Of a DNA stretch of 64,000 nt, positions 21,133 through 31,212 are shown piece after piece. The first letter of the stretch is position 1. Every line of letters starts with the position of its first letter. The position numbers were made by a program, and so were the translations under genes. Source of the stretch: an archaeon (GTDB lineage Archaea; SpSt-1190; DYHY01); contig JBBIPP010000010.1 of NCBI GenBank assembly GCA_037442745.1, positions 49 through 64,048 of the forward strand. Direction: 5' to 3'. Under the pieces are notes generated by a model, which was not told the DNA's origin, did no database searches, and saw nothing but the letters and a program-made list of their open reading frames with translations.

Positions 21133-23384
21133 GCGTTTCCGGAAAGAATTGCTTTTGCAACATTCTCCCCCAGAAGGGACGCGAGCTTTTCCTGCCTAGT
21201 GTTCAGGACTGCTGATGCTGTTTTAAGGCCCTCGGAATGGAGTTTCCGCGCCCTCGCCCTGCCAATTCCTTTGAGCTTGATGAGATCAATGAGCTCTTCT
21301 TTTATCCCGTGCTCAAGCCTTATTTGGAGCTTTAACAACTCCTTTGTCTCCTCCCTTTTTCCGGAGAGTTTCGAGAGTTCGGACGCAGAGTAGCAGATCC
21401 AGTCAGAGTTGACAAGCTTTCCCCGTAGGTCTCCGGGAGCAATTCCCCATTTCTCCATTATTTCCTTGTCCGGAGCCTCGTTAATCCATGCCTCAAGGGC
21501 GAGAGCGAGCTTCACTGCCTTTGCGAAAATCTCTGCTTCCGGTTCCCAAGGCTCGGGGGGATTTTTCGGAAGCCAATCCTTTTCCCTTGAAACCCTTTCC
21601 CATATTTTCTCCTCCTCCGCAATCCTGACGGACGGGCCGGGCATAAGTTCAGTTGTTGAGGCAATTAAAACGAGAAGAGGGAAAGTGCCGGAAAACCCTT
21701 TTGAAAGTCCCTCAATTATTTCCTTTGCGCTCAGCGGGTCAAGATAGAGCTCAGCAACCCTCTTTCCTATTGGAGTAAGGGAGATTTCTCCCCAATTCCC
21801 CTGCCTTTCCGAGTTAGGGAGAATTTTTGAGAGCTCAAGGAACAATCCCTTGTTTTTACCTACCTTACCTTTTCCTTTCCCCGAATAATTGACAAAGCCC
21901 CACTCCGAGAGCTCCTCCAAAACAGAGATAATTGTCCCCTCAACTCTCCCTAACCCGCCGTTCCTGTGGGAATAGAAAGTCTCCTCGAAGAAGGAGAGCA
22001 GGCTTTCCAGATTGCTCCCGAATCCAGAGGATATTGCGCCGAGTATTTCCTTTCGTAGGACTGGCGGGCTTCCTAGAAGGGAGGAAATCTCCTCAGTTTC
22101 CCCCAGAATGTATTTTTCGACAATTTCCGGGCGCGCCCTCTCGTCTTTTGCAATTACAATTGATTCCCCTAGGCTGTCTAATCCAGGTCTGCCAGCCCTT
22201 CCGCAAGCCTGCTTGTAGAGGGAGACAGGCCATCCCCTCGGGCCGTCCCCGCCCCAAGTAATAATGCTTTTGATTATTATTCTCCTTGCCGGAAGGTTCA
22301 TTCCAGCTACAAGAGTGACTGTTGCCGAAAGCGCCCGTATCAGCCCTCTCCTGAACGCTTCCTCAACAAGAGTTTTCTGCCCGCTAACAAGCCCAGCATG
22401 GTGGAAAGCAGTTCCCTTCTTTACGCATTCCGCAAGCTTGACGCACTGGTCGGTCGGAATCGGGAGGGCGAAGCGTATTTTCTCGGAGAGCTCTTCTAAT
22501 GCCCGCCTCTCATTTTCGCTAATTGGAGGGAGTTTTTTCCCCACAAGCCCAGCCAAATCCTCTGCAGTCTTCTGAGCGCTCTTCCTTGTGGGGTTGAAGA
22601 CAATGCATTGGTTTTTTCCCTCTAGGCAGTCGAGAACAGCCCCTTCAGTCCCGGGAAGGGAAGTAGCCCTCTCCTCTACTTCGCCCGGATTTTCCTTGTC
22701 AAGAACGAACTCAATCCTCTTTCCCACACTTGTCCCTTCCTTCAATTGAACCGGCCGGAAATTGCTCTCAACTAGTTCCGAATCAAGCCATTCTGCAAGC
22801 TCCTTTGCGTTCCCGACAGTTGCCGAAAGCGCAAGAATCTGGAGTGTTGGGCAGAGCTTTCTCAATTTGACAATAACCATTTCAAGGGTCGGCCCCCTCC
22901 CGGAGCTCCCGATTTCATGTATCTCGTCAGCAACTAGGAGGCCGATTTCCTCAAGCCAGTCAACCCGATGGCGCATAAGGGCGTCTAGCTTCTCAGTTGT
23001 TAGGAAAATAATGTCAGAGCCCGAAAGCCAGCAATCCTCGGAATCCATCCCCCCGATGCTTAGGGAAATCTTGAATGTCCCGCAATACTTTTCCTTGAAT
23101 TCGGAATGCTTCTCCTGTGAGAGCGCCCGAAGGGGCGTGATATAGACGACTTTCTTCCCTGAAATTGCAGTGTTAATTGACGCAAGCTCTGCTACAAGAG
23201 TCTTTCCGCTCCCCGTTCCTGTGCAAAGGAGGAGGCTTTTCCCGGAGAAAATGCCCGAATTGAGAGCCTCTTTTTGGTGGGGATAGAGGGATTCTTTCCA
23301 GCCAGCCCCTGCCAGAAGCTTTTTTTTCGAGAGGCCCTTCTCAAAAATCTCGGAGACTCTTTTCGGTATTCCAGGCTCTTTCAA
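21129..23384 (-). CDS. hel308: Ski2-like DNA helicase Hel308/Hjm
   Basis: GTGSGKT, TTEK.D, DEIH, LSAT, HHAGL, GRAGRP and C-terminal HhH (GIGRARARKL). Confidence 0.92.
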   Translation of the reverse strand: MKEPGIPKRVSEIFEKGLSKKKLLAGAGWKESLYPHQKEALNSGIFSGKSLLLCTGTGSGKTLVAELASINTAISGKKVVYITPLRALSQEKHSEFKEKYCGTFKISLSIGGMDSEDCWLSGSDIIFLTTEKLDALMRHRVDWLEEIGLLVADEIHEIGSSGRGPTLEMVIVKLRKLCPTLQILALSATVGNAKELAEWLDSELVESNFRPVQLKEGTSVGKRIEFVLDKENPGEVEERATSLPGTEGAVLDCLEGKNQCIVFNPTRKSAQKTAEDLAGLVGKKLPPISENERRALEELSEKIRFALPIPTDQCVKLAECVKKGTAFHHAGLVSGQKTLVEEAFRRGLIRALSATVTLVAGMNLPARRIIIKSIITWGGDGPRGWPVSLYKQACGRAGRPGLDSLGESIVIAKDERARPEIVEKYILGETEEISSLLGSPPVLRKEILGAISSGFGSNLESLLSFFEETFYSHRNGGLGRVEGTIISVLEELSEWGFVNYSGKGKGKVGKNKGLFLELSKILPNSERQGNWGEISLTPIGKRVAELYLDPLSAKEIIEGLSKGFSGTFPLLVLIASTTELMPGPSVRIAEEEKIWERVSREKDWLPKNPPEPWEPEAEIFAKAVKLALALEAWINEAPDKEIMEKWGIAPGDLRGKLVNSDWICYSASELSKLSGKREETKELLKLQIRLEHGIKEELIDLIKLKGIGRARARKLHSEGLKTASAVLNTRQEKLASLLGENVAKAILSGNA

Positions 23385-23450
23385 GGGGGCTTTAGTTGAA
23401 TTGCCCGATTAAAAAAGTTGAGATTGCTCTTCCGATACTAGATGAGCCAA

Positions 23451-24041
23451 TCAGGAGAACCTCTTCCCGTCGCATTCGGCCAGAATTACCTCGAATTTGC
23501 AGTATTTTCCGCTGACTGCAGTGAACGCCCGGTTCGCGCAATAGTAGGAGTTCGCCTTGTAGATTGCTGTGATTATCTCGGCCGAGAGATTCCCTATTCT
23601 AGTCTGGTTCTCGGAAATCGGGTCCCCTGATTTCGCGACAATTGAGCGTATTTTCGAGGGGAACTGCTTTTCCGAAATCCCGGATGTTGTGTTTATCTGA
23701 AGGATGCAGCCACGCCCTACTTGGACAAAGTTTTTGCCCGCAACAACCGGTTCGCTTGTGTTATACCCAATTTTCAGGTGGAACTTGTCCCCCCAATATT
23801 CCCACTCCTCCCGCCTGAGTGGCTCAGGAAGGGGGCCAGTTCCCGCTCTTCCGGAGGAAAGGACAAGGAAAACCGCCCCAAAGGACACAATCATTAGTAT
23901 TGCCCCGATAATTATTACAGTTGATATCGGAATGTCTCCGGGTTTTTTTTCGGAAGTGGCGCTTTCCGGGCTTTCCAACACCCCAAACTGCCCCGAAGAA
24001 TTCTCCTCCGCGTTCAAGGGGACTTCCTCCTTATCGAGCAC
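23451..24041 (-). CDS. Hypothetical single-pass membrane protein
   Basis: TM helix VIIIGAILMIVSFGAVFLVL; co-directional with neighbours. Confidence 0.55.
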   Translation of the reverse strand: MLDKEEVPLNAEENSSGQFGVLESPESATSEKKPGDIPISTVIIIGAILMIVSFGAVFLVLSSGRAGTGPLPEPLRREEWEYWGDKFHLKIGYNTSEPVVAGKNFVQVGRGCILQINTTSGISEKQFPSKIRSIVAKSGDPISENQTRIGNLSAEIITAIYKANSYYCANRAFTAVSGKYCKFEVILAECDGKRFS

Positions 24042-24811
24042 TTGCCTGGTGGAAGGAGCCGGTCAATTAGGTCGTCTTTTCCGGAAAACCCGAGGAGCTT
24101 CTTTATTTCGGAAACCGCCTCCTTCCTGTCAGTTGAACCCGGCGCAAGCTCAACCCTTTCCCCCGGGCATGCCGGAAGAGGCGCTGACCTAGGTTCTCCG
24201 TCCTTTAGGAAAATCCCGAGCTCAAGGACAGTGTTCTTGAAATAGTTCTTCTTTCCGTAAATCATGAACGCGCCCTTTGGGACATATTCCCCGGGAAGGG
24301 CTGCCTTTTTCACCTGCTCAGGCAGGACCCAATAGACATCAACTGAGCCGAGCCGGGCTTGCCATGCCCGGGAATACGAGGCGCAGAATGACGCCGCTTC
24401 CGAAAGGGTTTCTTCGTCCGAGGTTCCGCCCCTTATTACGACAAATGGGCTTCCGGCATGGTCGGCGTGGAATACAATGTCGCCTTTTCCAGTGTGCTTT
24501 TTTATAACGCTCTCATTTGTCCGGGCGTCCTTTCCGGCAATTACGAGGGCGCCTTTGCTCGAGAAGAAGAAGCGGTATTTCTCCTCATACCATTCCTTCT
24601 TCGCTTTTTCTTTCGTCCTTCCTTGTGGGGAATTCTTTCGCCCTTGGATTGAAACAAGCGTTTCCTTCAAATGCTCCCTTGTCCTTGCAATCTTGTCCCG
24701 GAGCTTCTTTGCCTTGTCGAAATAGACGGCGGCGTTCTCCCGGGCAGTCCTCCTAATGTCAATTTCAACAGGGACAGCGGAGGAGCCTTCGTTTTCAGCG
24801 AAAGAAGCCAT
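24014..24811 (-). CDS. NFACT RNA-binding domain protein (Rqc2/NEMF C-terminal-like)
   Basis: WYE.KYRFF.S..G.LVIAGKDA..NE, FHAD..GSP, GEYVPKGAFMI.G. Confidence 0.88.
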   Translation of the reverse strand: MASFAENEGSSAVPVEIDIRRTARENAAVYFDKAKKLRDKIARTREHLKETLVSIQGRKNSPQGRTKEKAKKEWYEEKYRFFFSSKGALVIAGKDARTNESVIKKHTGKGDIVFHADHAGSPFVVIRGGTSDEETLSEAASFCASYSRAWQARLGSVDVYWVLPEQVKKAALPGEYVPKGAFMIYGKKNYFKNTVLELGIFLKDGEPRSAPLPACPGERVELAPGSTDRKEAVSEIKKLLGFSGKDDLIDRLLPPGKCSIRRKSP

Positions 24812-24850
24812 CTGGAAAAAGTTATATCTGCAAAGGTAAATAAGCTTATT

Positions 24851-25678
24851 GTGATTTCGGAAAACTGCTTTTATGCCCTGAAAATTGGGTATTTCGGGGA
24901 GACCTTTTTCGGGAGCCAGGTTCAGCCGAATGTCCCGACAGTTGCATCTGCCCTGAGGGAAGCCCTTCTCAGGTCAGGAACAATTCTTCCCGGAACAATT
25001 GGGAAAATCGCTTTTGCTTCAAGGACTGACAGGGGAGTCTCCGCACGCGGGAATGTTTGCAAATATTATGGAAAGAAACCGATTCTCGGGAGAATAAACA
25101 AATTCCTCCCGGAAACCGCGTGCGTTTGGGGATATTCCAAGGTTCCCACGAGCTTTTCCGAAAGAAGGGACGCTTCCCTGAAGAGATACTCATATTTCCT
25201 TCCTGATACTGGGGAGGATTTTTCAGTTATGAGAAAAGTCTGCCGGATGTATTCATTAAATTCAGTTTCATCCTTCCGAGCTTTTTCCAAGAAGGATAAG
25301 GTTGACAGGGGATCAGGCACCCCTCTCTCAATTGCAAAAGTCTCAAAGGAAGGGGGTTTCTTTGTTTTCAGGTTCGCCGGGAAAGCTTTCCTTTGGAACC
25401 AAGTGAGAAAAATGGTCGGGGCTGCATCAGGAGCAGCCAAGGGAAAAATCAGCCTTTCTTTGATAAGAGACTGCCTGTCAGGGTCCTTTGCCGGAAGGGA
25501 TGCGGGGATTCCGACATCCCCTCCCGAAGGTCTTATTCTCGAGTCAATCGAGTATCCGGAAATCTCCTTCATTGACGAGCCCAAAAAAATCCAGGAGCGC
25601 TTTTCAAAATCAGCGTTTTCCGCCCTCCAGAAATCCCGAGTTCTTTCAGGACTTGCTTCAGAGCGATTTGGACATTAG
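24851..25678 (+). CDS. truA: tRNA pseudouridine(38-40) synthase TruA
   Basis: Y.G..F.GSQ.QP, SRTDRGVSA, FLWNQVRKMVG, PPEGL. Confidence 0.92.
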   Translation: MISENCFYALKIGYFGETFFGSQVQPNVPTVASALREALLRSGTILPGTIGKIAFASRTDRGVSARGNVCKYYGKKPILGRINKFLPETACVWGYSKVPTSFSERRDASLKRYSYFLPDTGEDFSVMRKVCRMYSLNSVSSFRAFSKKDKVDRGSGTPLSIAKVSKEGGFFVFRFAGKAFLWNQVRKMVGAASGAAKGKISLSLIRDCLSGSFAGRDAGIPTSPPEGLILESIEYPEISFIDEPKKIQERFSKSAFSALQKSRVLSGLASERFGH

Positions 25679-26188
25679 TATTTCGTTCGAATATTTCCCC
25701 TTGTAGAGGAGATGGCCGATTCTTTTTCCCTCCTCCAAAAATCCATTTCCTGAATAAAGAGCCCTTGCCGGAAGGTTCTCCTCGAAAACGCTCAAGGTTG
25801 CTATTTTCGCCCCGAGTTTGGTTTTTGCTTCGAAGAGTATTCTTTCAAGGAGGGCGCGCCCGATTCCCCGCCTCCTATTGTCCTTTGAGACAGAGAGCCC
25901 GATTGTCGCAACATGGCTCCTTCTTCCCTTGCCGAGTTCCGCCTGGGCAATTGCCTTGAGTTTCCCTTTCCGGTCGAAAGCGAAGAGAAAGACAGCTTTT
26001 CCGGCGGAAATTTTCGAAAGAGCGTCGACAAGCCATCTCTCCTCGCTCTCGGGAGTGTTCTTCTCGTTGTTCCCGAGCATTGCATCCTCGTCAACAAGGC
26101 TGTTGAAGAATTCAAGGGCCTCCGGCCCGTCCCCGGTCTCTGGCTCCCTCGCGAAAATCCCCGGAGCAATCTCAATTCCCACCCCCAT
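25658..26188 (-). CDS. GNAT family N-acetyltransferase
   Basis: V....RRRGIGRALL and N..ARALY...GF acetyl-CoA motifs. Confidence 0.9.
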   Translation of the reverse strand: MGVGIEIAPGIFAREPETGDGPEALEFFNSLVDEDAMLGNNEKNTPESEERWLVDALSKISAGKAVFLFAFDRKGKLKAIAQAELGKGRRSHVATIGLSVSKDNRRRGIGRALLERILFEAKTKLGAKIATLSVFEENLPARALYSGNGFLEEGKRIGHLLYKGKYSNEILMSKSL

Positions 26189-27642
26189 CAGCGCTTCATC
26201 CTCTTCCCGGAGATGGACAAGACGAACTCCGTTTCCTCAGAGTCCAATTCTAGCGCCTCTTTGACTGCCGGATCAATTATGGCGAGCCGTATCACTGCCT
26301 TACCATTTGTGAGGGGGAACCTTTTCCTTATTTTCCAGTGCACCTGTTTTCTTAGGCGCTTCTTTTTCATAATTGAAGGGCTGTATTTCGAGAGGGGGTT
26401 TGTTATTTTCCCAGATATCGGAATTCTTCCATTCTCCTTTGCAACCGAGACCCCTCCAGTCAGGAAGGAAATCCTATAGGGCAAGAGGGACTGGCTTCCC
26501 GAAGAAATTATCCTTCCAGAGACAATATCCGCGTCCGAGAGAGCCCGATACCCCTCCTTTAGCGAGTTGCCCGAATAAAACCTGAGAATGTTCTCGGAAA
26601 GATAGCTTGCAAGCTCTTCTGGCTGGCTTTCAGTACTCTTGAACGCGTCCCTCGAGAGCTCCGAGCTCCCGGTTGCAAGAATTATCCGGACAGCGTCCTC
26701 AAGGTTCCTCCGTCTCTCCTTCGATGTCGCAATTCCCAAGTCAGCCAACCGAAGTGTCTCCTTTCCCCGCCCGAGCGCCTCAAGTAGGGTTATTGCTGCC
26801 CGGGCATCTCCCCCTGTCTTTTCGGCAATCTCTTCGGCAACCCCGCTTTCAAGCGAAATTCCCTCGGCTTTTGAGACTTTCCTCACAAGTTCCTCGATTT
26901 CCTCCGTCGAAGGGCTAGAGAACTCTATCTGGATTGTAGCAGTTTTGATTGGCGAGAGCTTTGGGTTCCATTCCCACCAGTTCGATCCCCGGGCAATCGG
27001 AAGAGCCTCCAGGAATGCGGAGATTTTCCCACCGGCCTTCTTTTCAGTTGAGAAAACTGTTGCCCAAATCGCCTTGTCGTTTGGCCTCTCCCCGGTCTCG
27101 GAAAAATACACCTCTTTTAGGAATGCGAACACCTTGAATCTATTGTCCGCCTTTCCAATGAATTTCCTCTCCCATTTTTCGGAATCGAATTGCGCGGTTC
27201 TCCCGGAATTTCCCGAGACAATCGCGTTGTTCGCAGTGAGAATTATCGGGTATTTTGACTCTTTTATCAGGGCGGATATTGCGGAAACCCCCCCGTAATC
27301 CTTCCTTCCGGAAATTCCGTCAACCTCGTCAACAAGAATTATTTTTTTCCCCTCTCCCGAAGAATCAAAGAGGCTCCTCTGCGTTGCTGCGGAGCCTACA
27401 ATCCTGTCAATTTCCTTTTTGTTCCTGTAATTGCTCGCGTTCGTCTCAATTATCTCCGCTCCAGCTTCCTTTGCTAGGAGATGCGCGGCAGTCGTCTTCC
27501 CGACTCCCGGGGGGCCGAAAAGAAGGGCTGCTTTCCCTCCAGGAGCCCAGGAGGAGAACCATCTCTGAAGAGCCTTGACAGCGGGGCCGTTCCCCGCAAT
27601 CTGAGAGAGCCTCTTTGGTGCGTGCTTGTCAACCCAGAGCAT
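26188..27642 (-). CDS. rfcL: Replication factor C large subunit (with ~85-aa insertion)
   Basis: WVDKHAP, GPPGVGKTT, E.NAS..R, ILVDEVDG, GDARAAI. Confidence 0.9.
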   Translation of the reverse strand: MLWVDKHAPKRLSQIAGNGPAVKALQRWFSSWAPGGKAALLFGPPGVGKTTAAHLLAKEAGAEIIETNASNYRNKKEIDRIVGSAATQRSLFDSSGEGKKIILVDEVDGISGRKDYGGVSAISALIKESKYPIILTANNAIVSGNSGRTAQFDSEKWERKFIGKADNRFKVFAFLKEVYFSETGERPNDKAIWATVFSTEKKAGGKISAFLEALPIARGSNWWEWNPKLSPIKTATIQIEFSSPSTEEIEELVRKVSKAEGISLESGVAEEIAEKTGGDARAAITLLEALGRGKETLRLADLGIATSKERRRNLEDAVRIILATGSSELSRDAFKSTESQPEELASYLSENILRFYSGNSLKEGYRALSDADIVSGRIISSGSQSLLPYRISFLTGGVSVAKENGRIPISGKITNPLSKYSPSIMKKKRLRKQVHWKIRKRFPLTNGKAVIRLAIIDPAVKEALELDSEETEFVLSISGKRMKR

Positions 27643-27706
27643 TGCCAATGCTTCCTCTTGAAATGCGAAGTATTTAAAATTTGAACGGTCGCTTTTCCCC
27701 CAATCA

Positions 27707-28558
27707 ATGCTGAAACTGCTCCCTTTGTTCTCCTATGACACTCCCCACTCAATATTCGCTGCTAGGAAAATCCTCGCGGACAAGCCAGATTTCGTCGCAG
27801 TCGAGGTTCCGGAGGAATTCCAGAAAATTCTTGACATGTTCTCTTCGGGGCGCATCGGAGAAGATGCGCTTGTTTCCGCCTTTTCCGGAAAGGACGTTCC
27901 AAAAGGGGCGCTTGACCGGGGGAAAAAGCTCTTGTTCGGGAAATCCGAACCCAACTATCTCCTGCCTGACTTTGGCTCTCCCGGGCATTCAATAGAATAT
28001 ATTGCAATTGCTGCGAAAAAGGCCGGAGCGAAGCTCGTTGCAGTTGACATGACGTTCGCTTCGGCGGAAAATGCAATTGACGGAATGCTTGTCCATACAA
28101 AGAAGGGAAGGCGGGCCGCAATTGATAGGGCGAAAAAGTCCCTCGGCTCTCCAGATAGAGGGCTCTCAATGTTTTTCGAGTTCGTTTATTCCCCATTTTA
28201 TTTCTTCGAACTCCTGATTGGTCACCAGCCAAACAAAGATCCCCCGGGAAAGCACCCGTCCGGCTGTCCAATATGCACTGCCGGAATATACTGGGAGCGC
28301 TCTTTCTACGAGGCATATGCCCTTTTCACCAACCTGTTCCACCCTATTGGGGAGGCTAAATATGTCCCAGCAATGAAATATTTCGAGACTCTTCGGGAGA
28401 GGAAAATAGCGAGGAAAATAGCGCGAATCCTAATTGACTGGAAAATATCATATCCGAAAAAGCCCGAACCAAGAGTCCTCGCAATAACGCACCTGTGGCA
28501 TTCGCGGGAAGTCAAAAGACGGCTCGCTCAGATGGGCTTTCAGCCTGCATATATCTAG
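27707..28558 (+). CDS. Hypothetical protein, distant TraB/GumN-like
   Basis: KPDFVAVEVP, AKLVAVD, RERKIARKI and LAITHLWH resemble TraB-fold motifs. Confidence 0.45.
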   Translation: MLKLLPLFSYDTPHSIFAARKILADKPDFVAVEVPEEFQKILDMFSSGRIGEDALVSAFSGKDVPKGALDRGKKLLFGKSEPNYLLPDFGSPGHSIEYIAIAAKKAGAKLVAVDMTFASAENAIDGMLVHTKKGRRAAIDRAKKSLGSPDRGLSMFFEFVYSPFYFFELLIGHQPNKDPPGKHPSGCPICTAGIYWERSFYEAYALFTNLFHPIGEAKYVPAMKYFETLRERKIARKIARILIDWKISYPKKPEPRVLAITHLWHSREVKRRLAQMGFQPAYI

Positions 28559-31212
28559 TATTTTCCCATTCCCTTCTGTTGCTGGGATGGAGGCTGTTGC
28601 TGCTGTTGGAGATACGGATTGTTATATCCGACACCAAGCTTGGCGGTGTTCACGCCAAACGAATATCCTTGGACATTTTGCGGTGGCTTTGAAAATTTCT
28701 TCCTATAGACAATGAAATAATATCCAGCCCCTCCAACTGCCCCGAGACCTGCAAGGACTAGGAGAGTTGCCGCGCTGTCCGGTTTCTGGCATTTGACTTC
28801 GGCAAAATCCAACTCGTTTAGTGCTTGTGTGTAATAGCTCTTTGCGGTTGTCAGTTCTCCCTTTCCGAGCCTCTCCCTTGCGTTGTTTGCAATGGTTGTC
28901 AATTTGTTGAGGTTGTAGAACCTGCAGTCGGCCGATAATGTCTGTATTTCGTCAATTATCCCGTCAATATTCTTCTTCAGGCGCGCCTTTTCAGAGGATA
29001 CTACAAGGATGTCCGTCTTGTAGAGAGTCTCTTCGCCGGTTGATTCGGATTTTACCGTAACCCCCGTCGCGATTTTCGAGCCCTCGACAACGTCTTCGCT
29101 GAGGGATATTGTAAAGTTGACGCTTTGGCTCCTTCCCGGCTCTATTTCGAGCGCATCAGGCGTTATTTTCACCGGGCCTGCCGGGGAAAATGAGAACCTC
29201 TCCTTCAGAGGCCCAATATTCCTGAACTTTAGCTCAATTGTCTTGTTTTCCCCCTGCTCGAGCTTTGTCTGGCTTGAGAACGGGTTCACGAGCTCTACTA
29301 ACGCGCTCCTGACTGAGACTGAGAACTGGGTTGATGCGACAATCGGTTCGCCGGTGACGTCAGTTGTCGTTGCCTCAATTTGTATCGGCTCAGCGTTCGG
29401 CTTGACAATTGTCCCCTTGTCAGTTACCGACACGTTGAATAGAAGGCTCCCCTTGGAAGGGATTTTCGCAAAAGTCCCGCCCGGAAACTCGACCCTGAAA
29501 GATGTTGTCCCGGAAGTCCTCAGAGAAACTTGCTTTTCTGACGGGAAGTTGCTTGTTAGCTTCATTGTCGCGTTCCCCGTCCCGCCCTTTGGTATTGAGA
29601 TGTTCTTGTCAATTGCTTCTATGAAAAACGAACCGCTTTTTCCCGAGACCTGGACAGTTGTCCTTTCCGACTCGAATGTCGCGCCGTTGAGAGTGCTAAG
29701 GGAAAAAACATAGAGGGAGACTGCCCCTTCAGAGAGAGTGCAGTTTGCGAGAGCTTTATCTTCCGCGCTAGTTACCTTGGAAAGCAGGGTTCCCGCAGCA
29801 ACGCTCTTGTTCTTGCTCGAAATGAAATTCGAGACATCCTTCTCAAGCCCTGTCCCGTTCCCGAGACCGGAGGCTCCGGCTGAAATCGAATCCGCCATTG
29901 ACGGGTTTTCAAGGACTGCATTCAGGACTAGCCAGAGCTTCCTCAGGTTCGGGCTTCCCTTGCAGGCGAGCTTTTGGAAGAAAGTCTTGTTGGAATACGT
30001 CTGGGTTCCGAAAGCCGACATTTTTCCGTGGGGGAAAACGCCCATTTTCGAATAGGGCTCTGGCACAACTGTCCAATAGATCTTTTCAGTTGGAGCGGAG
30101 CCGGAAATGCGTATTAGGGTTGTAACATCGAACTCCTCTCCCGCGGGAACCGAGAAGACGGATGTGTATGCCTCCGGGAAAACCTGTATTGTCTTTGCTA
30201 CCGAGAAAGAAACCGGGACGCTTTTCGTCTTTTGTGTTCCTGACGCCTTTGCCGAAATTGTCGCGTTAGCTGATATCGGAGATTCTGTCGGGGAAATGCT
30301 CAAGGAGAATATGCCAGTCTCCCCGGGGGAGAGCGCGCGGGTAGTTGTCGATGAAGTCTGCCATCCAGTAGGAAGGCCCTCGAAGAAGAGCTCATAATAT
30401 TCCGTTATACTCCCTTTGTTGGTAATGTTCAGACGGACGTCAGTCCTCGTTCCTGAGGAGAGCCTTATCTGCCCCGGGGAATCCACCTTTATTGAAAAGT
30501 CGTTAGGCTTTAGGACTTCTGGCGGAAAGAGGCCGTACACTGTTCCGGACTCCGCGTCAGTTACTGCCACCTGGAAGGACAGGGGGTCGTCCGACGAATA
30601 TATTTTGACTGAGGACGCCTCGAAATAGTCTCCGGCCGAATTGGCGGAAATCGTTTCGAACGGGGCTCCTGCCCTGGAAATGAAAAGAGTTGTCTTGTAA
30701 ATTACGCTTCCGTCAGTCTTGCATCCGGAGCTTCCGGAAACTGCTCCCTGGAGTATCTGACGGCCGGTCTCATCATCGTATTTGACTGAAAAACCCTTCC
30801 TGTCAAGAACGCACGGGCACGCCGTCGCTGTCAGGGAATCGGTTGTGTTCGCGGTTATCCCGTTTATCGTTATTCTTGTCGAGAACAAGCCCGATGCTAT
30901 TTTCGGGGCTGGGAAGAAGAGTGACGCGCCCTCCTGATAGAAAGTCTTGTAGAGCGTTCCGCCTCCCGCAAGATATGTTCCTTGGGAATCTGGAGTGAAG
31001 TTTCCGGGGAAATCGACGTCAACCCTGACAGAATTGTTCAGGTTCGCGGGAAGGCAGATTTCAGAGAGCTTTGCCGAAAAGTCAAAAGGGCAGGCAATCA
31101 CAGTCCCGCCAATGTTGCACTCGACCGGCGAGAATGCCGGAAGAAGGGGAAGGAAAAAAACAACTGCAATCAGGACAGCCGCTCCCTTTCTTTTCAGAAG
31201 TTCCCACATCAC
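28555..31212 (-). CDS. Large secreted Ig-like-repeat surface protein with C-terminal TM anchor and Gln-rich tail
   Basis: Signal peptide; repeated I.N.G...E/L.PG.S beta-sandwich motifs; helical segment, TM helix, QQQQQPPSQQQ tail. Confidence 0.75.
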   Translation of the reverse strand: MMWELLKRKGAAVLIAVVFFLPLLPAFSPVECNIGGTVIACPFDFSAKLSEICLPANLNNSVRVDVDFPGNFTPDSQGTYLAGGGTLYKTFYQEGASLFFPAPKIASGLFSTRITINGITANTTDSLTATACPCVLDRKGFSVKYDDETGRQILQGAVSGSSGCKTDGSVIYKTTLFISRAGAPFETISANSAGDYFEASSVKIYSSDDPLSFQVAVTDAESGTVYGLFPPEVLKPNDFSIKVDSPGQIRLSSGTRTDVRLNITNKGSITEYYELFFEGLPTGWQTSSTTTRALSPGETGIFSLSISPTESPISANATISAKASGTQKTKSVPVSFSVAKTIQVFPEAYTSVFSVPAGEEFDVTTLIRISGSAPTEKIYWTVVPEPYSKMGVFPHGKMSAFGTQTYSNKTFFQKLACKGSPNLRKLWLVLNAVLENPSMADSISAGASGLGNGTGLEKDVSNFISSKNKSVAAGTLLSKVTSAEDKALANCTLSEGAVSLYVFSLSTLNGATFESERTTVQVSGKSGSFFIEAIDKNISIPKGGTGNATMKLTSNFPSEKQVSLRTSGTTSFRVEFPGGTFAKIPSKGSLLFNVSVTDKGTIVKPNAEPIQIEATTTDVTGEPIVASTQFSVSVRSALVELVNPFSSQTKLEQGENKTIELKFRNIGPLKERFSFSPAGPVKITPDALEIEPGRSQSVNFTISLSEDVVEGSKIATGVTVKSESTGEETLYKTDILVVSSEKARLKKNIDGIIDEIQTLSADCRFYNLNKLTTIANNARERLGKGELTTAKSYYTQALNELDFAEVKCQKPDSAATLLVLAGLGAVGGAGYYFIVYRKKFSKPPQNVQGYSFGVNTAKLGVGYNNPYLQQQQQPPSQQQKGMGKY

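Noticed and set aside
26971-27225. Intein in rfcL
   Set aside because: No N-terminal Cys/Ser, no terminal His-Asn followed by Cys/Ser/Thr, and shorter than typical mini-inteins; kept only as an unexplained insertion.
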